NCBI RefSeq assembly: GCF_001194135.2
Contig: NC_068998.1
Coordinates: forward strand, 38,523,585 to 38,587,584
Direction: 5' to 3'
Length of the DNA: 64,000 nucleotides
Source: Octopus bimaculoides
Lineage: Eukaryota
Shown here: one piece after another, positions 50,151 to 63,556 of the stretch
How the letters are laid out: every line of letters starts with the position of its first letter
Position numbering within the stretch: position 1 is the first letter of the stretch
The notes under the pieces: generated by a model
The model's database searches: none
What the model saw: only the letters and a program-made list of their open reading frames with translations
Told to the model about the DNA's origin: nothing
Position numbers and translations under genes: made by a program

Positions 50151-51447
50151 CTTGTAAGACATCCTGTTTATGCGACTGAATGGAATTGCTAAGACCAGAA
50201 TTCAAATGAGAACTCAGTACACGTACTGAATAGAGCGGATACACTATTTTTATATCAAAATGACAAAAGGAAGGAAGGACAAAAGGAAGGAAGGAAGGAA
50301 GGAAGGACAGATGTATGCATGCTTGCATACAATTATTGTAAAATGATCAAAGGTCAGTTTAAGTACTTCAGTTGTCTCCTTGTCTACAAAGATGAGACGT
50401 CCTGAAAGTATGTCAATGAATTTTATGAATTAATTTCTGAGAATTATCTCCCCTCCTCTTTTAAGAGCCCCATTTTTTTTTAAGAGCAAAGTCGGAAATT
50501 TTACTGGAGAATTTTGTTGAGTTACACCAACCCACGCTCGCTTTTTAACGGTTATAGTCATTGGAATGCGGCCATACTGAGGCACTGATATGTGTCTTAA
50601 ACCGATAATATGGATCCTAATATATATTTCAGTATGATACTTTTTTTCGGTTAGCTAACATACGTGCTCGACATTAAGGGCACAACTCAACGCCGTTTTA
50701 CACCGGTAAACATAAACATAACTATAAATACATATGTAGCATTGGCTTATATACAATATTTATTCTTACGGTTTTTACAAGGTTTCATGAAAATACAGAG
50801 TCAATCTTATATGAGCATTGTGTTTTACAGGTGCTGAAGTTCTTCAACAGATAATTGATGATTAAGCTGATCTTCTACATCGCTGCAAAAGCGTATGGCT
50901 GCGTTGAATCTTCATCCATCTCCGAGCTGAGTGCTGAGAGATGAAAATAGCGCTAGTTTGAGTATGGAGCTGTGAAAATAGCTATGCAGAGGAATTTCCC
51001 GGGGACCGTAACGAACGGGGTCCCAATTCCTTCTCACTTTTCATGCTAAAAGTCTCCGTTTCTAGAACGTATCTCGTGAATAGAGCTCTGGCTGGCTGAA
51101 ATGGGGTCTGTGCGCATAAACGCGTGTACTACACGTGATCGGAAATGGAGTTGGAAAAACAACTGCCATGCATATATACAGTTTCCATCAACCAAATTTC
51201 ATTACCATGGCGTTGGTCAAATATGGGCTTTAGTAGACGTGCAATGGGATCGATCTGGGAACAAATAGGTACGAAACGAACTTCTTAACCACATGGCCAC
51301 ACACACACACGCGTCAGCATGCCTGAGTGATTACTCACACACACACACAAGTAAGCCCATAAATGCAAAACATGGTGGAAGAAGATAGTATTCGAATACC
51401 AAAGGTAGAGCAATCTGCTTTCTATTAAAGCCGAAAGATTCTTCAGT

Positions 51448-51485
51448 CTCTTACTCAGAGTTTCACACTACCGTTCGTCAGACAG
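51448..51485 (-). ncRNA. Hammerhead ribozyme (family HH-5)
   Basis: Minus strand reads CTGT-CTGACGA-ACG(GTAG)TGT-GAAACT(CTG)AGTA-AGAG. The core is canonical, stems II and III are 3 bp, and the triplet is GUA. Stem I is 3/4 paired (one G.G mismatch). Confidence 0.6.
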
Positions 51486-51496
51486 TTGTGATCATA

Positions 51497-51529
<33 letters not shown>

Positions 51530-51712
51530 NNNNNNNNNNNNNNNNNNNNNNNNNNNNNNNNNNNNNNNNNNNNNNNNNNNNNNNNNNNNNNNNNNNNNNN
51601 NNNNNNNNNNNNNNNNNNNNNNNNNNNNNNNNNNNNNNNNNNNNNNNNNNNNNNNNNNNNNNNNNNNNNNNNNNNNNNNNNNNNNNNNNNNNNNNNNNNN
51701 NNNNNNNNNNNN

Positions 51713-51751
<39 letters not shown>

Positions 51752-52461
51752 GGACCCAGCCTCTGACTGAAACCACTAAAAGATAGTGTGTGTGTGCGTA
51801 TATGGCATATATGTATGTATACAAACACACACACGTGTACCTACATATATATTTTTTATGTATGTATATGCGATTCTATGTATAATATATATTCATTATA
51901 TTCTGCATATCAACTTTTCGTCCCCGCCCTTCACTCCCCTACTGTATCATTTTCTGTATATACACATTTTTTTGTATACTTTCATATCTATAGTCACTGA
52001 AAAAAAATATATATAAAAATTGTATTCTTTTTTATATAATTTTCATATAATCTCCATATATATTTTCATACGGTTTTTCTGTACATTATCAATATATTTT
52101 CCATTTGTGTTTTTTTAATTTTATTTTTATATGTATTTTCAGTGTCTCAGCGGTTCTAATTTTTATATTGTGTATTTTTACCATCATTGATTAATGTGTC
52201 TGCTGACCTTGACTCAATTTATCTTGAGCGCCTTTCTTTTCACACTCTTTTACCTCCAACATGGCCACGTGATGTAATTTTTTATTTTATTTTATTTTAT
52301 TTCATTTACTAACTCTTCTTCTTCTTCTTCTTCAACAACTTCCAGATTCATTGCTTGCCGTAGTACTTCCTTACCGTCACTCTGTGTGTGTATGTGAGCG
52401 TGAGTAGGGGTGAGGAGGAGCGTGGCTTGTTCAAGAAAACACAGCGATGCAAGATGCTTAC

Positions 52462-52470
52462 CCATTCTTG
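52462..52470 (-). CDS. Candidate 9-nt microexon (CAAGAATGG)
   Basis: Minus strand: ...tttttttttcttaatcttag|CAAGAATGG|gtaagc. Strong acceptor and donor, length divisible by 3, open in all three frames. It lies in non-repeat sequence, but no host gene was identified. Confidence 0.35.
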
Positions 52471-53861
52471 CTAAGATTAAGAAAAAAAAACCCCAGAAAG
52501 AAAAACATCGTTGATAGTAAATGCGTTCGTTTGTATATGTTTGTAGGCTGGGTAAGTGGATGTGTGACTGGTTAAGCAGGTGGATGACGGGGTAGTCGGG
52601 GTAGTTTAGATGGGTAGGTAATAGATGATTATACATTTTCTTCAATTATTTACATGGTAGAAAAGAATGGTAAAAAAATTTTATACACGACTGATGTTTT
52701 CTTTTCGGAGCGGGGTGGTGGTGGTGGTGGTGGGGGTTTCAGTAAACATATCTACCAGACAGAAAATGTGTAACATTTAAATCTATTGTATGCCTGTATT
52801 TATGTATTATAAACGATGGAGATGGTTCTAACAAAGAAACAAAAGCTTTATCACGGCAATTCAGATAACCACGATGATCGCTGCATATTGAAGTCATGCT
52901 TTTTTTTACTAAAGTTCGTGTCAGCCGGTCTTTTTCTTTGCTTCAAAATCCTAACTTTTTCCAAATTGTAGCTTTAGACGTTTATCAACGTAATCACGTG
53001 TCTCAATGATTAGTGGTATAAATATACATTTAGAATCAGGGTAGAGGAGCTACAGGTTTCATGGTAGCTGCCCATAAATACTCTCCTTCTCGCCGATTTT
53101 GGAAGAGATGTTCATATCTCCAAGGTAGCTAATCTCTATTCTTTTATTCTTTTACAGGTTTCAGTCATTTGGGTTTTTAAAGGGTTGAAGAAATTGATCC
53201 CAGGATTTATTCTGGATCCTTTCTGTTTGGCTGCCACTTTTCAATCTTTTCAATTCCTGTTCCAATTGATTTCATATTTGGTGTAATGATGTAGTTTTAT
53301 TTGCTAATCAACGCCATGAAATTCATTCTTGCCATAAATCATCGAATAAAGAGTTAATAGCTTTTAAAGGTTCCAAATTTTGGGTAATTTTAGCCAATCG
53401 TAAGCCACAGACACATTCATGCTTGTTTCCATAGTAACAAGCTAAGCATGAGCACTTTTTCGTCTGCGAGAAAGCACGTGTTGCCAAATATATTTTACTC
53501 ATTGACCTGGTGGTGAGATGTGCTAAAAATAGCAGCTAAATAAGCCTTAAATCAACCAGCATACACACCCAGTGTTTTTTTTGCACAATCGTATGAATTC
53601 TCGAGTGTAGAATACAAATTCGCAAAAATTTTCAGAAAATACAAAAAAAAAAAAACATTATGAAGTGTTATATGGCATGCGTAAAGCAGAATTCCGCCAA
53701 TATTTCATTTGTTTACATTTGACAACACGTGCAGTCACGAACAAAATGTCAGCTTCCAAATACTGTTTTCTGATTGGGTGAAAATTATCAAACTTTAAAC
53801 CTCTATAACTTAAAAAAAAAAAAAAATCTGGAAAAACTGCGGCATAATTTCTTTTCCTCAA

Positions 53862-53960
53862 CATCTCTTCGGCCCCATGAAAGAGGGTTTGAGAGGCAAA
53901 CATTATTCCAGTGACCAGGAAGTGAAAATTGCGGGGAAGAAGTGGCTCAAAGAACAGTCA
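53862..53960 (+). pseudogene. mariner transposase C-terminal remnant
   Basis: Translates HLFGPMKEGLRGKHYSSDQEVKIAGKKWLKEQS, matching the region that follows the mariner YSPDLAPSDYHLF motif. Confidence 0.8.
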
Positions 53961-54254
53961 TCTCTATAATCAACACGTGGTTGAAAAATACATTTAGTAG
54001 AGATGTCCCGGAATTTGTTGCTCTTCGATTACTAACGCAATCAGCAGTAGGTTCCTTCAGCTGAATATACGTCGTTGATTAGTTAAAATTACCCAAATAC
54101 GACAATTTTAACATAAAATAACTCCTAAAATACGAAATTTTGTCAAAAATGTTGAAAGTAAACTGTGTTCGGTGTGAGAAATTACACCAGTATACGACGT
54201 TTCAAACTGTTTAGTTTAAAAGGAACAATTAAAAAATCTGAGAGCCAAACTGAA

Positions 54255-54537
54255 GAGATCCCACGATTGTAAGGTCGCAAGTTCGATTCTCTCCTGCGCG
54301 TTGTGTCCTTGGACAAGACACTTTATTTCACATTGCTCCAGTCCACTCAGCTGGCAAAAATGAGTAGTACCTGTATTTCAAAGAGCCAGCCTTGCCACAC
54401 TCTGTGTCATGCTGAATCTCCCTGAGAACTATGGTAAGGGTACGCGTGTCTGTTGAGTGCTCAACCACTTGCTCGTTAATTTCACGTTGATCGAATTAGC
54501 TTGGAACCCTCGTCGTCGTAAGCGACGGAGTGCCAGT
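54255..54537 (+). mobile_element. tRNA-derived CORE-like SINE, head H1 + tail T1
   Basis: gtgtccttggacaagacac...gctccagtccactcagctgg followed by the T1 tail. Other copies at 59830-60129(-) and 5298-5492(+). Confidence 0.85.
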
Positions 54538-55174
54538 TCTTTTGCTTTGTTTATGTATTCCTCAGCATATTCCTTCGCTGTGGCTGGTTAACAAATCAGA
54601 AGACATATTATGCCCTTGCACATACAGAAAAATAAAGAAATTGCTCTGATGTCCTTCAAGGCTGATGGGCCATACTTCAGAGGAAAAAACTTCATAGCAA
54701 TCGCTATATAGATTAGTCACAAACTTAAATGGGTAGGTTATTTTGAATATAGTGAATAACCCGGCGGTGGTATTAAATATGTGACATGCACACGCACACA
54801 CATGTTAATAGAGCGAACGGAAAAGAAAGAAGAAAAAATATTCAGTACCGGAAATAGGGTACATATAATTAAATCGGTCAGCTGGAACCAAACTAGTTGA
54901 AACTACTAACTTCAACAAACGCTTCTAGAGTTAATGTCTTCAGTCAGGCATTTTTATAACTATAACCCACAGCAAACAATAATATTTGTTGGTATTTATT
55001 TGTTGTTGAATATTCTGTGATGGTGTCGTCTCAACTTGCTTGAAGTTGGCTAACTGAATCACACACGCACACGCATATATACGCGTGCGTGTGTGTGTGT
55101 GCATATATGTATGCCGGCTCTGCATCTGTTGTCTGGTTGCATATATACTGTTGTAATACAATGGTGTGGGTGGA

Positions 55175-55502
55175 GGCGCAATGGCCCAGTAGTTAGGGCA
55201 GCGGACTCGCGGTCATAGGATCGCGGTTTCGATTCCCAGACCGGGCGTTGTGAGTGTTTATTGAGCGAAAACACCTAAAGTTCCACGAGGCTCCGGCTCT
55301 CACTCTTTCTGTTTCTGTTGTACCTGTATTTCAAAGGGTCAGCCTTGTCACACTATGTCACGCTGAATATTCCCCGAGAACTACGTTAAGGGTACACGTG
55401 TCTGTGGAGTGCTCAGCCACTTGCACGTTAATTTCACGAGCAAGCTGTTCCGTTGATTGTATCAGCTAGGACCCTCGTCGTCGTAAACGACGGAGTGCCA
55501 AC
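55175..55502 (+). mobile_element. tRNA-derived SINE, head H2 + tail T1 (full length)
   Basis: tRNA-like head ggcgcaatggcccagtagttagggc...ggtttcgattccc. Tail ends in the hairpin accctcgtcgtcgtaaacgacggagtgcc followed by (aac)n. Confidence 0.9.
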
Positions 55503-56813
55503 AACAATGGTGTGAGGGTGTATGTATGGGGTGAGACGGGACATATCTATGGCGGTGGTCAAGCTTTTTATCCTTTGTGATCGTCTTTACGTTGCTGTTC
55601 TTAATTACTCCATATCTTGCTACCCCACCATCACACCGCAGTCACTCTTTCTCCCCTTTAAAGCTAATTAGTTCGCCTTAAGGAACAGTATCCGGGCATT
55701 AAAGACGAGAGCAAATAATCTGAGTGAACAAAACAATCAAATCACAAAAATTAATGAAGAAACAGACGTAAGGTTGTTAAAACCAGAACGAAAAAATGGA
55801 AGAAAAACAATTAGTTTTGACTCTGTAATCTAAATCAGTTTTCATTTCCTGAGTGTTGTCGAAATGTGTGAGAGGGTTCTAAAAACACATTTCTCTACCA
55901 ACTGAAATAACTCTCCAACCATTTTATATATATGCCACACACATGACTAAAGATAATTCATTTAATTATGTCGTCTGTGTGTGCGAGAGCTAGCATAGTC
56001 GTACTAGTTTTGTTTGACTTTAGCTTTATTTATCTGTGTTTTTGTATAATGACGCGAAGCACAGTACTTTGAGAGGTAGCTAACCATATATATATATATA
56101 TANNNNNNNNNNNNNNNNNNNNNNNNNNNNNNNNNNNNNNNNNNNNNNNNNNNNNNNNNNNNNNNNNNNNNNNNNNNNNNNNNNNNNNNNNNNNNNNNNN
56201 NNNNNNNNNNNNNNNNNNNNNNNNNNNNNNNNNNNNNNNNNNNNNNNNNNNNNNNNNNNNNNNNNNNNNNNNNNNNNNNNNNNNNNNNNNNNNNNNNNNN
56301 NNNNNNNNNNNNNNNNNNNNNNNNNNNNNNNNNNNNNNNNNNNNNNNNNNNNNNNNNNNNNNNNNNNNNNNNNNNNNNNNNNNNNNNNNNNNNNNNNNNN
56401 NNNNNNNNNNNNNNNNNNNNNNNNNNNNNNNNNNNNNNNNNNNNNNNNNNNNNNNNNNNNNNNNNNNNNNNNNNNNNNNNNNNNNNNNNNNNNNNNNNNN
56501 NNNNNNNNNNNNNNNNNNNNNNNNNNNNNNNNNNNNNNNNNNNNNNNNNNNNNNNNNNNNNNNNNNNNNNNNNNNNNNNNNNNNNNNNNNNNNNNNNNNN
56601 NNNNNNCCCCCCCGCTGGCGGGTTATCTTTTCTTTTTGTCTTTCTGACTGATTTTTCTTCGTTATAGTTTTCTTTCGTAAATTTTAATTAATTCCAAACT
56701 TATTCTTCATTGATGTATATTTAAAAAGAAAAAGAAAAGCAGAGAAATAAATGAATTTTGTTTAGAAAGTAATATAGATAGATAGATAGATAGATAGACA
56801 GACAGAAAGATAA

Positions 56814-56875
<62 letters not shown>

Positions 56876-59431
56876 AGGATGGATGGATAGATAGATTCGT
56901 ACATACACACACACACACAGACATTCACATACAGAGATGGAATTTTAAAGTATTTAATAAGAAATTTAGTAATGCTCATTGAAGTACGAAGGTTGAGCCT
57001 GTACAATGAGTGCAGTTTGATGTATGATAATAGACATCTACCAATTACCAGACTGTAATGATGTGATGGCTTCTTTATATAACAGTGTGTAGCCATATCG
57101 TTGTTTCATATACAATAGTGGGTTGCAAACATGGTTACCATTATACAAATTACAATATGGCGGTTATAATATAACACTAAGCCTAACACAAAGCAGTAAA
57201 CATCGAGTTTACTTCACGAGTTTCAACGACCAAAACGAGCTGAAATTTAAAATTAAAAAACGAATGAAATTATTAAATACACGATAAATATGAGTGATAA
57301 GAAAAAAATTATAAATTGCATTATCTTTTCTTTGTTAACTTTCCGTCAAAATCACGATTTTATGATGTCTTCCATTTTGATAATCAGGGACAAGATCATG
57401 TGATGTCATGATGCGGTTATTTCTGCATATATATTCACATGTGTTCCCTCTCCCAACACAGCACTGTTTAGTACATTCATCGCTATTTGCCTTTGTTTAT
57501 GATGTAAACAAAACTGTTACTTGACTACATCAAATGTAACTGGCGACTTGATAGTCATGCACTAAAACCGAACCGTTTAACAAGTGTGTAGTAACAACCA
57601 AGCCATCGTTTAATAGAACATAACAGCATGGCAACTATTTAATACTAACATACAGTCATTTATCAATATGGTTGTCGCTGAACATTTGAAAGAACATTGC
57701 TTCTATTTGATAAACTACAGCAAGTTGGCAATCAAATTCAGTTACAATGTAGCTTACTATTCAACAATGCCATGGTTACTTGCAAGTTAAAACTGACAAT
57801 ATTACAATTATTCTAGAGTGAGTCGTCGCAATATGGCTACAATTTGATACACTATAGCAACTTGGTAGCCAAGTAAAAACTGCAGTTTACAGCAAGGCAG
57901 ATATTTATATGTTCCACTATTATCGTTTCACTTCACTTACGTTGCCCATATCATTAAGAAAAGTATAAAGTCAACTTCCTCTATAAAGTCTCAATTTTAA
58001 TGCTTACATGACAAACCATAAATTCGGCTTCTCTTATTCCTCACGGCAAAATAATTTATTCCACTTTATGAACTTGGCGTACTACTATTTTGACGAGGCA
58101 GAATACGAGTTTCTGCTGTTTCTTATCATGTTGCAGTTACATTACATTTTGCCGTTGTTTTTAGGGCTAATCTGAAGTGAACGAAGAATGTGTGTGTGTG
58201 CGTGTGTGTGGTCAGGTAGAAATGACTTTTATGAAAATGAAAACTACAAGTGAAAATCCGGTAAAACTCGAACCCTAGTGTCTTAGTTGATGCCTAGGTA
58301 TATTGACAGCTATATTGTATGATTCAGTAGTCATAGAAGGTTATTTCAATTTGCATCTCGGTGATGCAAAGCACGCATGCGTCCTCTCACATTTATATTT
58401 TATCAGTCGCGAGGATTCGATCGATTGAACCATCATGCTTCTCTGTTTCTTGTCAAGGTGGTATATCATTAGTTGAACATTACTACGCTTTGAAAAAAAA
58501 AACAAAAACTGTGGATACAAATTCTCGTTGGGAGTTTAGGTTAACTTAACCTTCTGTTCTTCTCGCTCGATGAAATACCAGTGATATAAATATAAAAAAG
58601 AAAAAAAGAAAGGCTACGAAGTTTGTGGTATCTAATTTACAATCTACACGCTTATCTAGCCAGCCACCATCTTCACTGTGTCTAGCCAGTCAATATCTAC
58701 AGGCAATGTCCATCTAACCAGTGAGCGTCATCGACAGACAGACTGTGATTATCTATTCAGTCAACATCCACAGATGGTGTCTTTCTCGTGTTTATTCAGC
58801 TGACATCTACAGTACCTATTTTCCAGACAATAACTGCAAGCTGTTAATTAATTTATTAGGAAATTTTTCAGCGATTCCTTTTTGACTAGGAACCAGGCCA
58901 ATTGATTTTTTTTTCGGTGTGGTAGTGAAGGAAAAAAAATATACGATCTACTGTAGCGACGCCAATATATCACAGGTACTGAAATCCTGACGCGGTTGCC
59001 CTACGTAGAAATTATAAACGAGTTCTTTCCTCAAATCATATCTCAGGGTCTTAAAATGGTGATGTTATTCATTAATGGCATACGATTGCTGAATAAGGGG
59101 TGCTTAGACTAGCAGCAGCAACAACAACAACTATGGTAGTATGTTGAACAACAAAGTCGACCCTGATGCATTTCAGACAAAGAACTGCACAGAAATGAAA
59201 ACGATTCTTCTATCTTTTACTCGTTTCAATCATTAGACTGCGGCCATACTGGGGCAGTGCCCTGAGGAATTTTTTAGTCGAATTAATCGACCCCTGTACT
59301 TAAGCTATTTTTTTAAGCCTGACATTCTATCGGTGACTTTTGCCGAACGGCTAAGTTACGGGGATGTAAGCACACCAACACGTCAAGCGGTGTTGGGGAA
59401 CAAATACTCCTCCACATACAAATATATACTA

Positions 59432-59586
59432 CTGGCTTCTTTCAGTTTCCGTCTACCAAATCCACTCACAAGGCTTTGTCGGTCCGAGGGTAGAGTTGAA
59501 AACACTTGCCCAAGGTGTCATGTAGTGGGACTGAACTTGGAACCATGTGGTTGTGAAGCAAGCTTACTACACGACCGTACCTGAGC
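59432..59586 (-). mobile_element. SINE family A
   Basis: Tail-to-tail with family C at 59213-59405. Confidence 0.85.
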
Positions 59587-59829
59587 CTGTTATACTTATT
59601 ATAACAACATTAGAAATAATAAGGCTTTCCTAGTTGCTTAGTTATTGCTGTGGATTTTTAAAAACCCACGGCACACCGGTTCAAAACCGCAGCTCGACTG
59701 CCTCAAAGAACAATACTAGATAAAATGTATTTTCACAAAGTATTATGGGATTGTCCATGATTAGAAATGCTTTTCATCATAAAAAAAAAAAATCTCCTTC
59801 AGGCTTTTTTTTTTTTTTGAGGAGCCGTT

Positions 59830-60129
59830 ACTCCGTCGCTTACGACAGCGAGGGTGCCAGTTGATCAGATCAATGGAACAGCCTGTTCGTGAAATTAACG
59901 TACATGTGGCTGAGCTCTTCACAGATACGTGTACGCTTACCGTAGTTCTCAGGGAGATTCAGTGTGACAAAGCTGGCCCTTTGAAATACAGGTGCTACTC
60001 ATTTTTGCCAGCTGAGTGGACTGGAGCAACGTGAAATAAAGGGCTTTGTTCAAGGACACAACGCGTCGCTGGGAGTTGACCTCACGACCTTCTGATTGAG
60101 CCGATTACCTTAACCACTAAGACACGCGC
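59830..60129 (-). mobile_element. SINE head H1 + tail T1
   Basis: Reverse-complement match to 54255-54537. Confidence 0.85.
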
Positions 60130-63100
60130 TTTCAGGCTGACCTAGATTTAAACAACAATGACCTTAATTTTCGGCTTTCTATTTAACAGGAGAATCGCCG
60201 AGGGTAATCAATCAAATTAGTGTATGGAAACTTAACGGCAATCGTTTATTTTCATCCTTGTTAAACAATGAATTTATAGAAGTGCACAAAAACTTTCTAA
60301 AATTATTCACAAGCTGACGAGAAACCTCAAATTTCTACCCGTTAGAAATGGCAGCTAAATCTCCTTCATATCAAACTCAGAAATCATTGGGTAATGTACT
60401 GCTTTATACAGTATTTGATTAAAATTTAAAAACAAAAGGAAAGGAAGGAAAATGGAAAAAAAGGATGCTCACAGATGAAACCCTTTTGATCAGTAACAGC
60501 ACTGTTCAACCAAGGACGACTTGGGGCTAAATAACATAAGATAAACAATGCTTAAGATTTTTTTTTCTTTGAAGATTGGACTTATATTTCTATCTATTTT
60601 ACCTAAGACTTTCAAGTTCTCTAACTTGCAATCATGCTGGATAGAGGGAAGACCTATTGCGTCTTCTGTGAAGTTAGTGGCGGTGGTAGTGGGTTCTGAA
60701 TTAGTTTCAATTTCTTACTGAACGACAGACACACACCATCATAAATTGTTCCTTCGAAAGATTCAATGTCTTTCAACATGTTTACTCGTGCCGAAGCAGA
60801 CCACCAACTCGTCTCTTCAATTTCTAGTGATTATATTTGATTAGTACCACTAATACATTGGGGATTGATTAAAGCGACTATACCTATCTTTGCTAAAATT
60901 GGCCGCGTGCCTAATCAAACGAAATCAATAATTTCTGATAAGAGAATGGTAATCATGGCCGATACAGTATAAACTAGACAGGATACTTGACTATAGTCTT
61001 TCTCTATTTTCGTTTTATAGATATATATATAGAGATATATTTTATAGAGATATATATGAGTGCTACTTTTGGCGGGGACAGGCATCAACTGGTTTATAGA
61101 TAGAAGAAAATACCTTAAAATATGTTTAGCCCTGAATTTAAACAAAAGAGGGTTACCAACTGTCAGCAGTAAGAAATAAATAAACTGTGGTGAAATATTA
61201 TTAAGTAGCAGCGGTATTGCTACAGAATATTGATTTCTTACACTGGCACGCGGCCACAAGTCTGTAAAAGGAAAGAAGTATATTCGAATAAATTTGAACT
61301 CCGTTCATAGAGGAGTGAAACGAAAAGCTGTAAAACATTTTGTTCAGCTTGTTTCAATCATAAGCCAAACAAGGGAGCCACTACGTGGTCACACGACTAG
61401 CTAGCAATAGTAGCCAAATTTTCTTTAAAATAAAGATTTTGATGATAAGGTCTTTTGAACCAAGTCTGACGTGGGACTATAAATTTTTAATTCTGCCAAA
61501 TGTTGCTTATGTCTATATAAAGGATAATAATATACTATAGTTGTTTTTTGTCCTTGTTTAGTCAAAGTTCATCTCTAATCGAGCAGGCCTCTCATCACAA
61601 AGGATTTACAAGCATGACCAATACGACTTTTGGGAAATGAACGACCACGTGACCTATTGTCTCTTTTGCCTATTTTTTTCAAAAGATGGTAGAATGTACT
61701 TTGAGGAAGATTAGGCTGATATTTGTAACCGATTGAGCAACATTCCAAAGGATCTGTGATGGATTCGTACGACGATCGTTTCGACCCATCCTGCTACTGT
61801 CCCTTATGGGTGGGACTCCGTGTATCATGTTGTGTTGTATCCATTTTGCAGTCTGGGTCACAGGTATATCCATACATAAAATGCTGTCTCGCTAAAGATC
61901 TTGAGTTGGGGCGGTGATGTTATTTGCCCGTCGAGTTATAATATATATTGTTTAGTCAAAGAAGGAAGGACAGCGTCCATGGACCTTTCTCTTTTTCATG
62001 ACTTCCGAAGCTGGCGAGAGAAAGTTATACTCAAACTGGAAGTGCTGGACAGAATGCACGCAACAGAGTGAATTCCAGCTGAAGGAATTAAAGGACCAAA
62101 TGTGGTATTAAACAAGATTGAGTCTACCGTCTAAGAATACGGGACACAAAGAGCCGGAATAAAATACCACAAGGCATCTTATGGCATTCTTTGGCTAGAC
62201 TTTCTATATTTTATCGACCACGAAAGGAAGAAAAGTAAAGTTGATCGTGGCAAGATCTGAACTCGGAACGCATAGAGTTAGGATAAATGCTGCAAGGCAT
62301 CTCGTCTGATACTGGACATTCTGACAATCCACCACAATACTAGAATGGTACTTTATTTCATCGGCACTAAATGAATAAAAAGGCAAAGCTGATCTCAGCG
62401 AGATTTGAACTCATAAAGCAGGGAACCAAAACAAATACCGCAAAGCATTTTCTTTTATGCTCTAAAAACTGCCTATTTATTCACTATCTATGAATGTAAC
62501 AATCATCGAGTAATGAAGAAATCTAAAAAAACATTGAATCACTTCCTCTCAGAAGAATATCTACTCAACATAGAAGACTGTTATAGCTTTGTACTTAAAT
62601 GAACTTATTACATGGAGCCGAAGGAAATGTGTGAACTAGAAGTGAAACCTGCTTTTATGAGCCAGACAAAAGAGCTATGCGCTTTTTCACAAGGGTGAGA
62701 TATTTTCAAGCATAGTGGTTAGTAGTATTCAAGGTTTGAACCCATGGACTATATTAATTCAATTGTTGTTGGATCCCAAACCAGACCTGAGCAAACAAGC
62801 CTATGATCAAAAGTCTTTTCAGCCTCGACAATCCCGTTTTATATTTCCCTAGGTACAGTGAATTACATTATCTTATCAAACGTGTCCTTTTCTAAGGATT
62901 CTTGTTTTTCTACAATAATCTCATCCAAATCTAGAATGCTTTATATAGGAATATTAATTAAATCGATCCCAGTACTTGAATGGCATTTTATCTTATCAAC
63001 CCCTCATCTCGGAAGGAAGGTAAAAATGTTCTCGGCAATAAAGAGCAGTAGCTAAATTCTTCAGGCATTTTGTAAAACACTCAGCATCCCGATATTCCAC

Positions 63101-63429
63101 TCCTATACATAAACTCTGATTAAATCTGTAATCAAAAGACATTCCAGATACGCCTATACCATTTTCTTTCTACAGGGTAGTGATTTATATTATTAAACAT
63201 ATCCTTTTCCAAGACTCTTCTTTTAAAATTCCTTTCTCATTTGTAATACTTTATTAAGAATCTTATAGATTCTTAAATCAACCGCAGTGCTTAACTAGTA
63301 CTTTGGTTTATCAACCCCAGAAGGACGAAAGGCAAAGTTTACCTGGTCGAGATTTGAACTCAGTTCGTGAAGGGTTGTCATTAAATATTGCAAATTAACT
63401 ACTTTACTCAGCCTGATCAAGCAAATCTA

Positions 63430-63556
63430 CAGGGTGTCCACAAAGTCTGGGTGCATGAGGATTAACACATACTTTAAGAAATTATTATTTCTTATATTTA
63501 ATTGTTTATGTTATAATTTTATTTACTCCATGTACCCAGACCTTGTGGACACCCTG
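63430..63556. mobile_element. 127-bp Tc1/mariner-type MITE
   Basis: TA-cagggtgtccacaaagtctggg...cccagaccttgtggacaccctg-TA. TIRs are ~28 bp with a TA target duplication. Confidence 0.9.

Noticed and set aside
50831-50865. Plus-strand terminal exon (ttttacag|GT GCT GAA...GAT TAA, GAEVLQQIIDD*)
   Set aside because: It is only an acceptor plus 11 codons, with no upstream exon or homology, which is expected by chance.
55175-55245. tRNA gene
   Set aside because: The tRNA-like head runs directly into a SINE body shared with other copies, and the acceptor stem does not close.
61760-61830. Hammerhead on the minus strand (GAAAC-GATC-GTC with an upstream hairpin)
   Set aside because: No CUGANGA-like core and no stem I partner were found.
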